Assembly (NCBI GenBank): GCA_964016885.1
Contig: OZ024745.1
Coordinates: 98,766,001-98,830,000 of the forward strand
Length of the DNA: 64,000 nucleotides
Direction of reading: 5' to 3'
Source of the DNA: Eledone cirrhosa
Lineage: Eukaryota
A program made the translations under genes and the position numbers. The notes under the pieces were generated by a model. The model was not told the DNA's origin. It saw only the letters and a list, made by a program, of their open reading frames with translations, and searched no databases. The first letter of the stretch is position 1, and the number at the start of each line of letters is the position of its first letter. Shown here piece by piece: positions 25,646-40,100 of the stretch.

Positions 25646-25792
25646 AGAAGTGGTTACACAACAGTTAGTTCACCATACCGAGAACAATTGTTTCACCTTA
25701 GCGGATCCTCAGCTCGCATTACGAGCTGAGGATCCGCTAAGGTGAAACAATTGTTCTCGGTATGGTGAACTAACTGTTGTGTTACCACTTCT
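25646..25792. repeat. Near-perfect palindrome, 71-bp arms, 5-nt loop
   Basis: 25646-25716 is the reverse complement of 25722-25792 with one mismatch; loop CATTA. Confidence 0.97.
25722..25759 (+). ncRNA. Minimal type I hammerhead ribozyme motif (Penelope-like element type); mirror copy on - strand at 25679-25716
   Basis: cgag CTGAGGA tccgctaaggt GAAAC aatt GT T ctcg: CUGANGA and GAAA cores, stem I cgag/ctcg, short stem II cc/gg, palindromic stem III CAATTG, GUU cleavage triplet. Confidence 0.65.
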
Positions 25793-26221
25793 CTCTCTCT
25801 CTCTATATATATATATAGAGAGAGAGATTTAGGAGCTATACATGAACTGTGAATTTTTTAATGCCCAGAATGAGTAAAAATGGTGAGAGTAAATAGAATG
25901 AGATACTGGAAAGCGGGACTAGATTGATGTAAGCAAACATCAAATGTTGAATGAATGATGAACAAAGCAAACATCAGTCTATATTATTGGTGGGTATATA
26001 GTAGATTGAGTTTCTTCTAAGGGATATGATAGGAAGATAATATGTTACCATGGTGTACACTGGAGAGAGAGAGAGAGAGAGAGATGAAGCAGAATAGGGT
26101 GAAAACAAATATAGATTGAGAGAAAATAAACCAAAAATTCAGAGTGAAAGAAAGTGGAAGTAAAAATCATTCTGAAACAAATTCACAATTATTAAAACTG
26201 AAACTCACTTTTTGAAAATAA

Positions 26222-26428
26222 TGGTTTTTAATTTAGGCACAAGGCCAACTATTTTTGAGGTGATGGGGAAAGTCAATTATACTGACCACAGCACTTTGCT
26301 GCTACTTTATTTTATCAACCCCAGAAGGATAAAAGGCAAAGTTGACCTTGGTGGAATTTGAAACCAGAACGTAATGAAATATTGCAATGTACTCCACTTG
26401 ACACACTTAACAATTCCACTAATCCAAT
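26222..26428 (-). mobile_element. tRNA-derived SINE, diverged
   Basis: Reverse complement of the family at 4711-4930. Confidence 0.65.
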
Positions 26429-28040
26429 GACAGAATTATTAAAATGGAATAAGTATCCAGCAAGGATTTTATTAAATTATTTAAAGGACATAATTTCGAC
26501 TGAGGCTTGGTCAAATTAGCTTTGAATACAGAATAAGCAAGAACTAAAAAAAAAAGACATCATAATCCCTCTTACAAATATATATTTTACAAAACATTTA
26601 TAAAATAAGACACACACACACACACTTGTGTATTTTAAAGTAAGTATGGGAAGCAGTCACAAGTGACATATTGAAAGAGTATTAACATTAGAGTGACTAG
26701 TTACCTTTTAATTCTCATTCATAGGTGTTTCCTGCCTGCATCTACACTAGCTTAAAAAATACATGTTTTATGTTTAACCTCAGATTAGGCCTTTAATTAA
26801 AATTAAAATATCAAACAATTTATGCATACATATAGCTATACCTTAAACGAAACAACTTCTCAGTCCATAAGACTGTGTTATATAAAACAAAACAGAACAA
26901 AAAAATGCATCTGGCTGAAAATTATCTGGCTCCCAAGAATTAAAGACCTGAGATAATGATATCATTTATTGAAAAACAACAGCAATATATAATGAAAAAA
27001 TGTAAAAAAGAATAATAAAAAGAAAAGAAAAAGAAGTCAAGAACGAAAAGTATAATTGCTGTTGTTAGTAGTAAGTGGAATATTGGTCCACTAACCTAAG
27101 ACGAGAAAATTAGTATAGCCTATAAAAGACTAGCAAGAGAAAAAGGTGGTGCTATTTAGTGGTTATTTCTTGTTCAGTCAAAGAGTGGTTATGTAACAAT
27201 TTACAAAAACCTAGAAAATAACTTATTATCCAAGCAAAATAGACCAAGAAGACTGTAAATACTTATTCCTCAGATGACTGAGGAATTGGTTTATGAAATT
27301 TGTTTCTAATCTTTTCTTTCTCAGGTGATTTAGGTGGCAGATTGCAAGTTTGGACAAATTTATATGTCGTAGAGGAGACAAGCCATGAGAGACAGCTACA
27401 TTAACTAGATTGAGAATATGTGGGGGAATTTGTATATCGTTGGGGAGACAAACTATGAAATACCTACACTAACTGGATTGAGTATGTGTGGGGAAAATTG
27501 TATGCCATGGGGAGATGAGATGTGATAGATATCAAGACTGATTGGTTTCTGTGTTATGCTGCAGGGGAACTAGATAAGATAGAAACCTACTACAAAAATG
27601 TATTTCTGTATGCATGGGTTTACTATTTTCTTACATCCACTTTTTCATGTAAGCATGCAAACACATGAACAGATAGATGTATGCCTAGTGCATATGAATT
27701 TATTACATAGCAATAGCTAATTAGTAGTTTAGATATAAATCTCAAAACTAATGATCAGGGACAATTCTTATAATTAAGGGAAATTTTACTTTATATTATC
27801 TTAATGCCAAGTTTAAGATGACCAACACGGTTTCAAAGCAGTTTAAAAAAAAAATGTTCAATGATTAGTAATTAAATGAATAAACCTGCTGTATAAAACA
27901 CAACAGGCATACATATTCATCAAGTTGAAAGAAGCTATGTATAAAAAGCATTTTTTTGGACACATGTTTACTGTAGCACAACATTGGAATGACATGGGTT
28001 GACTAAAACATCCAGGAAATGAAAGTAAGAGTTACAAACA

Positions 28041-28095
<55 letters not shown>

Positions 28096-28232
28096 TACAT
28101 TGCACATTTATAGTGTGATAGACTAAAAGTCTGTGTGAGATTTTGCTCTTAAATGAAAATTATAATTTATCAAATCAAACGTAGCAACTCTCCATGTGTA
28201 TGTGTGTATGTATGTATATATGTGTATGTATG

Positions 28233-28297
<65 letters not shown>

Positions 28298-28375
28298 ATG
28301 TATGTATGACAAAGAGAGAGCTGAGGGGAAGTGTGGAAGTATAAAAACATATATAAACTGACAGAATGAGACACA

Positions 28376-28424
<49 letters not shown>

Positions 28425-28714
28425 CCATGCACACCTGCATTCACACACATGTATATAAACTCGTACATGCAATAAAAATTAAAAAAAGAAGCAATTTGGA
28501 ATGACCAAGAACGAGCAGCATTAAAATCATTAGAATGAACCACAGCAGTCATTAAGACTAGTAGAAATTACAGAATCATGTGTGTATGTGTGGCTCAATG
28601 GTTAAAGTGGGTGACAGAATTGTGGGAGAGAACAGTTTTGGTTAATTACAGAAGACAGCAGTAGAAGAAAAAGTAGGCAAGGGATAACAGAGAAACAGAT
28701 GCTAGACTACACGT

Positions 28715-28758
<44 letters not shown>

Positions 28759-30563
28759 ATAATATATGTCAGCCAGGTTGTCATGTTAAAATAAAGAAAT
28801 AAATAAAAATGGTAAGTGAAGAATGTGGAGTGAGAGAAAGAGTGAGAGAGAATAAAATAGATACACAAAGGTGAAAGAAAAAAAGACAGAGAAAAACAAG
28901 GAAGGCATTTGCCAAGGTGGTTAGATATTATAACAACAGATTTATTAGGAAGGAGGAAAAAAAAAATTGAAAAATAAAACAAAACTGAATGAAAAATAGA
29001 CATTATTAAATTAGTTTCCTAACATTTAAATTAAAAATGAAACAACAACAAAAACAAAAGATAATAACACCATACAAAACAAAAAGAAACAAATGATAGA
29101 ACTCCCAGCCCTTCTGTTACACACCACACCAGACCATATATCATTTATCATATATAATACTATATAAAAAAAACTCTCAAATATTTTATTGAAATTATAA
29201 TAAAAAAAAAGACAAAATTAATAAAACAAAATCCTGTACATTGGTTTCGTTTCATTAGGCTCAAAGGTCGTATATCTTTTGGAAGAGGGGAAGTTATGAC
29301 AGCCATGCCTTTCCCAAGAGTATTAGCCATTGTTTGAGTGAGAATGAAATGGCTTCAAACAAGAAAATGAAGCCGTGTGACAAATCTCAACACAACTTGA
29401 CAGTAGCAAACCTCTTGCTGTTTGGTACCAGCCATAACAAAACCCAACTTATCAATAGGAAGAAATATGGGGAGAGACTATTACACAGACAACTATATAT
29501 ATATACACACATTTATGTATATATATATGTGCGTGTATATATATATATTATATTACACAAACATATTTATGTATATGCATATATTATATATACATATATA
29601 TATAAAACAACCCCTCCCCCACAAAAAAAAAAAAAAAAAATGCAAATAAACACATATCCCGCCCCTCATACACTTAAAATCTCCCTACATATCATTCTTG
29701 TTCCTTTTGTTCTTTTTTTTTTTTTGATTTTCCTGTTTACATTTAGTAAATTGTTTTGTTGGTCTTTCAATGTTGCTAGTGTTACTAAGCAACTGTTCTG
29801 AAGACATTGTGTGGACAGATGTACATCTCTGGTGTCCAGATGTACATCTGCTGTGGAGATACATTTTCATCTGGTGTATAGGTACATACATTTACATCTG
29901 GTGTATAGGTACATACATGTACATCTGCTGAATACATAGAGTAAGTTTTAATGTATAGATAGATTCATATGAGATGTTATCAGCTCCGTTCCACTTTAGA
30001 AATAGTAGTAGCAGCAGTAATAGTGGTGGTGGTGGTAGTAGTAATAGTAGTAGTAGTAGTAGCGGCAGTATATTGTCTTCTCTCTGTTTCTGTGAAATAG
30101 TGTGTGTGTGTGCGTATGTGTGTGTAAAATACATCTATGGTGCCCACATTGAGCGATTTCACTGACAGAAAATATATTCACTGAGCCATTAATGATGCTC
30201 TCCACTTATTTAGGTTTATCATACAATTGGTGCCATATCTGTCAAGGGGGCAGCTTCTGCACCTATGTTAATATGTGTATGTGTACATGTAGTGAGCGCA
30301 TGTGTGTGTGTTTGAAAGGATTAGGCAAGTTGTTGGTACATTAAGATAGTCGTACAAGCTAATTGGAGTAGGCCTGAACTTTAATAAACCTTGTACCAAT
30401 GCAGCTTTTTCAAATTGTTGCAGACACACACAGACAGACACACACCAATGCTTGAGTTGACACACATGCACACACAGACAGACACACACCAATGCTTGAG
30501 TTGAAATGAAAAGGAGTATAGAACACTTTTAAATGATAATGTACTAAGAATAGAGCAAATGAT

Positions 30564-30613
<50 letters not shown>

Positions 30614-30647
30614 TTGTGTGTGTGTAAGTGTTTATATATGTCTATGT

Positions 30648-30678
<31 letters not shown>

Positions 30679-30853
30679 CACGTATATGAATGTGTGTGTA
30701 TGTTTATATTTTTTCGCTCCTCTTCACCAAAACTTTTATCAATGCATGATGTTGCAGTGGAAAAGTTATATTTCTGTTCAAGAATTTCAGTCGTTACAGC
30801 ATTCAACATCGTTGTCTTTGTGTTTTATTTTTTAAATATTTTGTTCAGAATAA

Positions 30854-30895
<42 letters not shown>

Positions 30896-31119
30896 TGTGT
30901 ATGTATGAGTATGTGTGTGTATTTTTTTTAAATTTTTTATTTTAATACTTAATAGTTATGTCCCCTTTCTTTTCATGAGTCTCTCTCTTTCTCTCTCTCC
31001 CTTTCTCTCTGACTCTCTGTTGGCCAGCGGCAGTAGAGAAGTTGTAGAAAAGAGATGCACAAGGGCAAATGGTCAACATATATGTATGTGTATATGTGTG
31101 TGAGTGTGTATATACACAT

Positions 31120-31153
<34 letters not shown>

Positions 31154-31247
31154 GAGCTTATGCACGTGTGTGTGTGTGTGTATGTATGTGTGCATGTATG
31201 TATATACTAAGCAAACAGTTTTATGTCCATTGCCAGTGCTCAGTTTC

Positions 31248-31500
31248 TTACATGTTGTAGGCAACATAGATTGGATCCAACTGGTCTGCAAGGAAGCCAT
31301 CTCGGAGGTGCATACGTTGTTTTTCACCACGAGAGTTAATAGGAATGACTCCTGGATCGACAACTACAACAACACCAACTATCAAATAGTGCTCTTCTAG
31401 AACAACGTTGGTCACCAATGGAACCAAATCAAGAGCCTCATTTTCGTTTCCATCCAGTTCAACAACAACGACCAGTAAATTGGTCCAGGTAAACACAGCA
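31248..31500 (-). CDS. DIP2: DIP2 (disco-interacting protein 2) terminal coding exon
   Basis: AVFTWTNLLVVVVELDG...VVVVDPGVIPINSRGEKQRMHLRDGFLADQLDPIYVAYNM-stop, the characteristic DIP2 C-terminus; tttcag acceptor. Confidence 0.97.
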
Positions 31501-31849
31501 CTGAAAAACAAACAGAGAGAATAGCTTTAAATACGGCAATCTATATATTTTCTAGTTATTGAAATTAGTAAAACAAACATCATTATTAACATTATCATTA
31601 TGACCTACAATTTCTAATTCACTGTCTTAACTCTTAACATCCTGTACTACATCAAACCACATTAGCAAGGCATTCTTGAAATATACAAAACAGGACTATG
31701 ATAATATTACATTATACAAATCTTTTTTGTAATATTGAAAATTTTCACAACAAGCTGTCCACAAGTAAAGACACTATAAATATTTGAATTAACAAACCTG
31801 ATTTTAGATATTTTCTGCTAAATTGTTACAGGATGTTTAAAGTTAATAT

Positions 31850-32055
31850 AAGAGAAATGAGATGTAGTGGGCAAGAGAGAAGACTGTTGAAAATAGATAA
31901 CATCTGTATAAAGAAGTGCAGCGAACTCAAAGTAGATGGGGCCTATGGAAGAGGGAAACTCAAGAAAACATGGGAGAAAGTAGTAAGGACTGATCTCAGG
32001 AGACTGAGGTTCATGAAGGAAGTGACAGTTATGGCAAAACAAATGTTTAAATGAT
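31850..32055 (+). mobile_element. RTE LINE extreme 3' fragment
   Basis: CIKKCSELKVDGAYGRGKLKKTWEKVVRTDLRRL resembles the RTE C-terminal RGRP-K-W motif. Confidence 0.55.
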
Positions 32056-32734
32056 GGAGGCTGGGGGGTGTATCATGCATTAACATACGTCCTTATAAAG
32101 TCTTTATCTGCTGCACACAAGAGAAATAAGAAAGTAAGTGTTTAATGTGAAATCTAGAGTATCAAGACACATAAGGGATCAATATAGAACAAGTGGACTT
32201 AGTTCTATGGCAGACCAGACATTTTATGACTTGTGAGTGATAGGATGGCAATTCAGTTATAGAAAACTTGCTAAACAAAGGGTTGAGAGGATTCTTCAGT
32301 TGTGTTAAAGACATGACAACCATCCTAGTGCTGGTGCCACAATAAAATACAACCAGTACTCTCAGATAACTGTTTACTTACCATCGGTACTAACATTGGA
32401 TTTACTTTTTATTGGTTTTACATATATTTACATAGTTGTGTGGTTAAAGAGTTCATTTTAGAACTACATGAATCTGAGTTCAGTCCCACTGCATGGCAAG
32501 TATTTTTACTATAGCCTTTATTTGACCAATGCTTTGTGAGTGAAATTTAGAAGATGGAAACTGCAGAAGCCTGTCATGTGTGTGTGTCCCCTGTAACTTA
32601 GCAGTTTGACAAAAAAAAGCAATCAATAAAATAAATACCAATGAGCATGGCCACAGTATAATGACTTCACCAATAAAAGAATGACAACATGAACATTAAG
32701 ATAAATAACAGCAATATAGATGTTAGATATATAC

Positions 32735-32858
32735 CATTCACATATCTTACGATGACAGCGAAGGACAGCATTCTCGATATCAATTGGATGATAGCGCATA
32801 CCACGCAACATAATTGTTTCATCAAGACTACCAACCACAAATATAGCATCATGGCGCT
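32735..32858 (-). CDS. DIP2: DIP2 exon
   Basis: ERHDAIFVVGSLDETIMLRGMRYHPIDIENAVLRCHRKICE; AG/GT, phases 1 to 2. Confidence 0.96.
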
Positions 32859-33539
32859 CTGTTGAAAAGAAAAGAATGAAGAAACTTTAGCAATTTGTTT
32901 ATAGTCCAGAAGAGAGGAAAACTGCAATAAAATAATATATATTACAACGTTACTTGAAAACATTATAGGAAATAATTTTGTTTGATTTTCAGCCACTTTC
33001 CTTTCATCAAATGGCTACAACTTGAATTACTTTGGTAAAACATAAAATGAACTGTTTATTCTATACTATAGCACATGAGTTTAAGATACTTGCAGTTAGC
33101 ATTGTCAAGGACAGAGTGTTGGCTTTACTGTTATTCAATAATTAATTTATAATATCTACTCATTAATAGAACAAACTTGGATGCCATAAATATTTTTATT
33201 TTGAAAACTCTTTTCTAATTGTTTGAGGATGTAAATATTCTCTGGAGAGAAGTCAATGAAAATTACATCTGTAATAAGGAGGATTTATCATTTTAAATTA
33301 ATATTTAAAAGATGAAAACCCAAATTAAGAAACAGTATAAGATATAGTATATTATGTATATTAGTCATGGCACATTAAACCTTCCAGTGTCAAGGGGCTT
33401 AAGCTCCTCCAATAACGTGGAAACTTGTTGAATGATCTTGGTTTTTACTACACTGATTTTCTATTGTTAGTATGTTAGTATGATTTATGTTTTTAATTTC
33501 TTTCTTAGTCTCATATTGGTGATAAAAAAGCATAAGCTA

Positions 33540-33727
33540 ATAATTGTTTCTACTTTTGGCACAAGGTCAGCAATTACCCAGTACATTACTGGTACTTTAT
33601 TTTATCAACCCTGTAAGGATGAAAGACAAAGTTAACCTCGGCGGGATTTGAACTCAAACTGTAAAGGGACGTAACTATGCTGGAAAGCATGGCGTCCGAC
33701 CCTCTATCGATACTGCCAATCCACCGC
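33540..33727 (-). mobile_element. tRNA-derived SINE (young family)
   Basis: Near-exact reverse complement of 8661-8845. Confidence 0.85.
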
Positions 33728-33819
33728 ATGAGCTAATAATGTACAGTATATACTTAACCCTCTCCCCAATCCCAAAACTGTAATGGAAGCTCTGTACATG
33801 CCAAGACATGTGAATGCAA

Positions 33820-34165
33820 CATGGCAAAATGATTAAGAAGTTCATTTCACAATCATCGGGTCCTAAGTTGGATCTGGTAGTGGGTCATCTTGGACAAGTG
33901 TCATTTACTATAATCCCAGGTTGACCCATGCCTTGTGAGTAAAATTGGGTAGTTGGAAACTATTTGGAAGCCCATCAAATGGACTGTACCTGTAATTCAA
34001 AGGGTCAGCCTTGTCACACACTGTGTCAAGCTGAATCTCCTTGGAAATTATGTTAAGGGTACATGTGTCTGAGGAATGCTCAGCCACTTACATGTTAATG
34101 TCATGCAAAGGCTGTTCCATTGATCGAACAACTGGAACACTCATCATCGAAATAGATGGAGGTCT
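33820..34165 (+). mobile_element. CORE-like SINE, diverged (related copies about 32436-32640, 36405-36680, 59940-60265)
   Basis: tRNA-like head, cttggacaagtgt core, shared ttgtcacacactgtgtc...ggctgttccattgatcgaacaactggaac tail. Confidence 0.55.
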
Positions 34166-37100
34166 ATTCTATATCTCAAAACAAGTATCCATTGATATTA
34201 ATGTAAGTAAACCTGTTTTTACAATATATCACTAACGTAGTTAGGCAATGAATGCAGTTGCCTTTCTTCCCAGTCTCCCTCTCACTTTGTTATCAGGTCA
34301 ATCTAAATATATCTATACAAAATGCAATAGATAATCAAATAAAGATCTGAGAAAAGTTATGAAGTCTGGAGTTTTTGGTATAATTTTCAAAATATTGTAG
34401 CCTAAATTTAGTTAAGTTTGATTTACATTTTCTTTTTACAGCAATCTTCTAATGTTGTTTTTACATAAAATTTATCTTAATTTTAAGGAGATGTGAAATA
34501 TATCAATATTATAACAGAAAACTTAATATAACTCTGTAAAAACAAACCAAATATTGAAACTGAAAAATAAAAACTATTATGATACATGAAAGTAAGAATT
34601 CCAGAATTTATTTTCTTCCAGGACTAAATATCTGCAAGCATGGCAGATTTATGACTTAACTTCACTTTGCAATAATTTATATACCAATACCTCTCAACAA
34701 GATAAAACGTTTTATATCATAAAGGATATCAGTATATATGCTGGCAAATCATGGGAGTTCTGAAATAAAATCTCCCATTGTTTTAGCAGTAGGACATACT
34801 AACTGATTATGTTATTGTTGATCTTGTTGATTCTTTCTTTGTAGTTGAGACTGAAACTTAAACATTTAGAAAAACAATACATTTGACAACATAAATGACA
34901 TAAAACATTACAGCCAGTTGTAGATGACAGTAAACAGTACATTTCACTATAGATTTGTTCAGACAAATGACAGCAATATCGACTACATTTATATAACCTT
35001 TTCAAGATCTTAAACCAGGAAACTCTTCAATCATTTTTCAAATAATAGAAAAATACAACAAAAACTTCCTGCAATAAAGTTAACAGTCATGTCTTACTAT
35101 ATATATATATATATTACATCAACAACAATAATGTAAGCATATTTAAATGAAGATGTTAGTTGAGAATTAGTAAGGATGAAAGTTCAATTAATGCAGTTGG
35201 CCACCTGGAAAAGTGGTCAATACAAGGAGTGTAGATATTGATTAGGATGAAATAACCCAAGCAAGATTTAAAAAGTCAATTTATTCCTGCCTAAACAGGT
35301 GTAAAACTCATTTACCAGACAAAACATTTTCACAACCAGTAACTGGTTCATAGTATTGCGTTGAATTTTTACCAATTTGGTAAGGTGTGGCATCCTGGAG
35401 GGCTTCCATTCCATATCAAACTTCCAATTTTAATTTATATAAAGATTCATGCTCTTCTCTTACTAAAGAGTGTTGGTGCCACAGATTTAACCATATGCAT
35501 TAAGGAATTTAATGAAGTATATTTTGGTTGATGTGACTACTATGTAAAAACAACATAACTCATCACCTGGAGGCAAACTCTGTAGGGAATTTTAGGATTG
35601 AAAGAAGCTAAACAAAATAAAACCTATTTCTGACAAACATTTAAACAAATTTAATCAAGTTGGATTACATCAGAAATAGCATTAAGATAAGTATTTATAA
35701 TCTGAACTCATCCAATGAGAATCAATGTGTAACTTGAGAAGATATATCTTGTACATATTCTCAGAGAAATATTTTGTTTATTGTTGCTGCTTTCTGGGGG
35801 AACTAAAGGCTAACTGATATTATTATTATTTTATCTTTACTCAGCATTTCATTGTTCCTTTGGATTGATAAATATCAAGCTATCTCCTGCAGTCTTAGGT
35901 ATCAAGCACCGTTTGTATGATTTTGCTCTGCCAAACAGACAAGCTGTCTGTAGATTCAGACAATTTCCCTCTATATTCAACATTTTCAAATATTCAACCT
36001 ATCATTAAAAAAGAAGTTTGAACTAAGTTTGTTTGAAATTATTATAATATCCTGTTTTAGTTAATGCATGTTCTTTTTTTAATCACCCCATCTATCCCCG
36101 ATTGGTATAACTGCTGGGGATTATTTACATATAAATACATAGAGTACATGTAGTTAGGATAGAGTATATGCACTGAACAGTGGAGATAGTAGATTGTAAA
36201 TCATGACCAAACCAACTACATTCATTAGAATTAAACATAGAGGATATGATGGAGTTTCAGTATGCTTCATATCAAAAAGCTCCCCTATTTCCAACATTGA
36301 TGAAGATAAACACCAATCCCCATTGTGTATTCCAACATAAGAATACATGTCATACATATCCAAAAAGAATATATTATACATACGCTATTCTTCAAAAGTG
36401 GGTATAATATGGTTAAGAAGTTCACTACACAATTATTGAGTGACATCTTGGGCAGATGTTATTTACTATAGCCTCAGGTTGACTGAAGCCTTGGGAGAGA
36501 AATTGGGTAAAGAGAAACTGTTGGATCGACTGAGCCTGTAGTTCAAAGGATCAGCCAAGCAACACACTGTGTCACATTGACTATATTTGATAATTACATG
36601 TCTGTTGAATGCACATGATGTCCTGTTGATCAAACAACTAGAGCATTCAACAGAAAACAGCAAGATGAGTCTGGTTCATGGCTCTCTCTTTTTACAGCCA
36701 TCAGCTAATAGAATTTAGAATGGTTCTATAAATCCAGGCATTTGTATTAATCCTTGAAAGAAGATACCATTCCTATTACCAGTCTATCATTAGCTGAAAA
36801 GTATGAATGACATATAAAGACACATAGCTAACCCATAGCAGGTGAGTATGAGAACCCACAGAGCTCTATAGAAGAAGAGAATTTGATAATGGATACAATT
36901 ATATGAATGTATTCACAAGTATAACATCTTCTAAGGAAATGAAATGCCGTTTTAAGGTAGTGTTAGAATAGTTGGATTATGAACAGCCAGAATTTCCACA
37001 CACCACATCATTCAAATTAGAGATCATCTATCCTGCTATACATCAATCATCAATACATGTCTACTGTACCATCTGATGACAGTTAGGGAAATCTTGAATT

Positions 37101-40100
37101 CTAAATTATCAATAAATAATTTAAACTCCACTAAATGTATTGAGCATTCTAAAGCTTGCTTTTATGATGTTAGGGAGAAGGAGGAAGAGATAATTTTGGG
37201 TGTAGTTAGGGTGATTCATCCAACCAATTGTTTGATATCTTATCTAGAAAACACACACACACACACACATATATGCTCAACATGCACATGAAGGCACTTG
37301 GAATTTATGATGCTCACACACATACAAGGTGACAAGGGACAGAATGTGCCATGATGGAAATACATTGAGTAAATGTTTTAAATCAAGAGCTGAGCAAGGT
37401 TACATGTGTTTTGGTTCAGGTCAACATGCTCAAGATTTGATGTGAGTCAACCATTGCATTTATGTAATCATGCTTTAAAAAAAAAAGCAAAAATCCCAGC
37501 TAAATGACTTGCATGCTGGCGGAGATAGGTTCAACTGTGACATAGCATTTATTATAAATCAATGCAAAATTGATAGGAAACTAATAACAAACATTTATTT
37601 TTTACTGTAAAAATTAATTTTTTTATATAGACACAGGGCCAGTTGTTGAGAAAGAGATATGATGAATGGAATTAGCACTGATATATTACTGGTATTTATT
37701 TTATTAATTCCAAAGTGATGAAAAGCTACCTTGAACCCTGTGGGATAGGAATTTGAAGCTGTCATATGAAAGAATCCTTCAAAGTTATTTAATACCACAC
37801 TCTAGACTCAGCCACCTTTATTGCTCTATCTTGTTAATACTAAAATTTAAATCTATCAATACATATCTGTAAACTTGGCCATTATATGTAGTTTAACAAT
37901 TTTAGCAAACAGAATTCTTGATTCTTTTATAATCTTATTTTACAGTAGAGAGTTTCTTCTATAGTATGTTTGAAGTTTCAACCTCTATGGGTTATAATCA
38001 ATGTATGACCCAAAGGAACAGAGATAGAAATTACTGACCAAATGGCTTTTTGTTTGGCTATTTCTTTACTTCATAGTTCGTATTTTGTAAATACTAACAA
38101 GATCTACATTAGATTTTTTTGTTTTGTTTATAAATAGCAGTATTTTACCATTCACTATTCTTCAGTGTTTGTACATAGGAATTCAATTCATTAAAAAAAC
38201 ATTCTTAATAAGAACAGTAAGATAATCCACTTTAAGATTTAAATAAAGTTCTGAAAACATTCAAAGAAATCCTTCATTAACAGATGGCATTTTCTGACTT
38301 TTGAATACTACACTTCAAAATAGAGAGAGCACTTAACACAAACTACTCACAGTTCTGCGTCTATTATATATTGTGGAGAACCTTTTGCTTATGTGAGAAT
38401 ACTGGTATTAAAAGCGGGTTATCTGAATGAAAATCTTTTGTTTTTATATCACTAATGTCCAAGTAGGAAAACTTTAAAGATATTAATATCACCATAACTT
38501 ATGTTATTTCCATGAATAGAATATTGATTCACAATACAACTTTAATCCACTGACATAAATATGTGCTAAAAGCAAGACAATCAAAGAAGTAGAATGACTT
38601 AAAAATACATTCTACAGTTAAATGAAAAATATTCAGCAAAACACAGAGTAAGAATCAAAATCTTACTCAAAATCTGTTAGTGAAATAACAAGATGTCATA
38701 AACAATATGGTACAATCTAAGATTTGGGGCAGTTAACTTGTTGAACAAACAAACAAATAATGTATTGATATGGCACTTATTATATGAGAAGAGTATCTGG
38801 CATTTAAACCAAAGTTAGGGCAGCTAATCTTAAAATAAATTTAAATACAAAAATAAAGAACATAATATACAAAAATATATTGTGTAACCAAGATTATTAG
38901 AATATACCTATTTTGGCAATTGTAGTTTTGGATGAGAAAGTAATGATTTTAAGAATTAAAATTGCTAGAAGAGATGGCAATGGGAAGTTTATAGCTTCTA
39001 CACCAAATATTTAATATTTAGATAGTGAACAAGAAGTTAGAGTGATAAATTTATTTGGCCCACTTATTAACATTTACTGATAACTATATTAAAGACGGTG
39101 ATGACATTGGACATGCGACAACAGAGAGACATGACATGAACAACATAGAGAGATAGATAGAAATAAGTAGATAACTACAGTCACTAAGGAGAGAAGTAGA
39201 TAATTGTTCTTTGAATCTAAACTATGTATATGTAAATATATATATATATATATATATATACACAAGTGAGATGACATTGTACATGCCACAACATAAAGAA
39301 CAACATGGACAGCAAAAACAACATAGATTAGACATATACCAATCAGTTGTAAATAGATGGCATCTCTTCTAACCTTATAACATCAGATCAAAAGAAAAGC
39401 AATCATTTTATACCCATCAGGATAAAATATTCTAAAGATTGGAAGGAACAACAAAAAAAAAACAACAACACATCTTAGACAGAAAGAAACATCCTTCCAA
39501 AACAATTGGAGCAGAAAGAATTGTGAGCCTTTCTATTGTGATATTATAGAGAGAAGAACAAGAACACTAGAATAGCATAATGAAAATAATCAAATTACTA
39601 TCAGATTTAAAAGCAAGCTAGAAACAGGGCATCAATAGAAACCCTTTAAATTCTGTGAAAGAAACAAATCTAAAATGTAGTCTATATATTTAAATGATGG
39701 GGCAAAATATTGATAGAAATATACACAGTACAGCTAAATTTCTTGCTTTTGTAATTTTTCTTTATGAAGTTTTATTTTCAGTTAATAATTGTGATAAATT
39801 TAAGGGGTGTGGATGGTATAGTGACAAATATTAATCCATGAAGAAGTGGACCAAATGTTTCAAACCCCATCAATGTTATTATTTCTCAAGTCATTTATAA
39901 AGATTATGGGAAGATTTCATTTCTCTTAATAGCTAAATGGATGGAAATATATGAGGTGCAAGAAATGGCAAATGGATTCATGCAGCCAATATGGGGTAGA
40001 TGGATTGGATCGAGTATGTGGTGCAGTAGAGAGAATGAAGGGCAATTTATAAAATCAGGGGGTCATCCATTTGAGGAGGCAAGGATAAAAACTGAATATA

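Noticed and set aside
28123-31400. Many ORFs rich in YI, HT, CV dipeptides
   Set aside because: Translations of (TA)n, (CA)n and (TAG)n microsatellites
39340-39373. Possible DIP2 cassette exon reading VRRDAIYLQLI
   Set aside because: Stop codons in the incoming phase, weak donor, and no upstream partner to fix the phase
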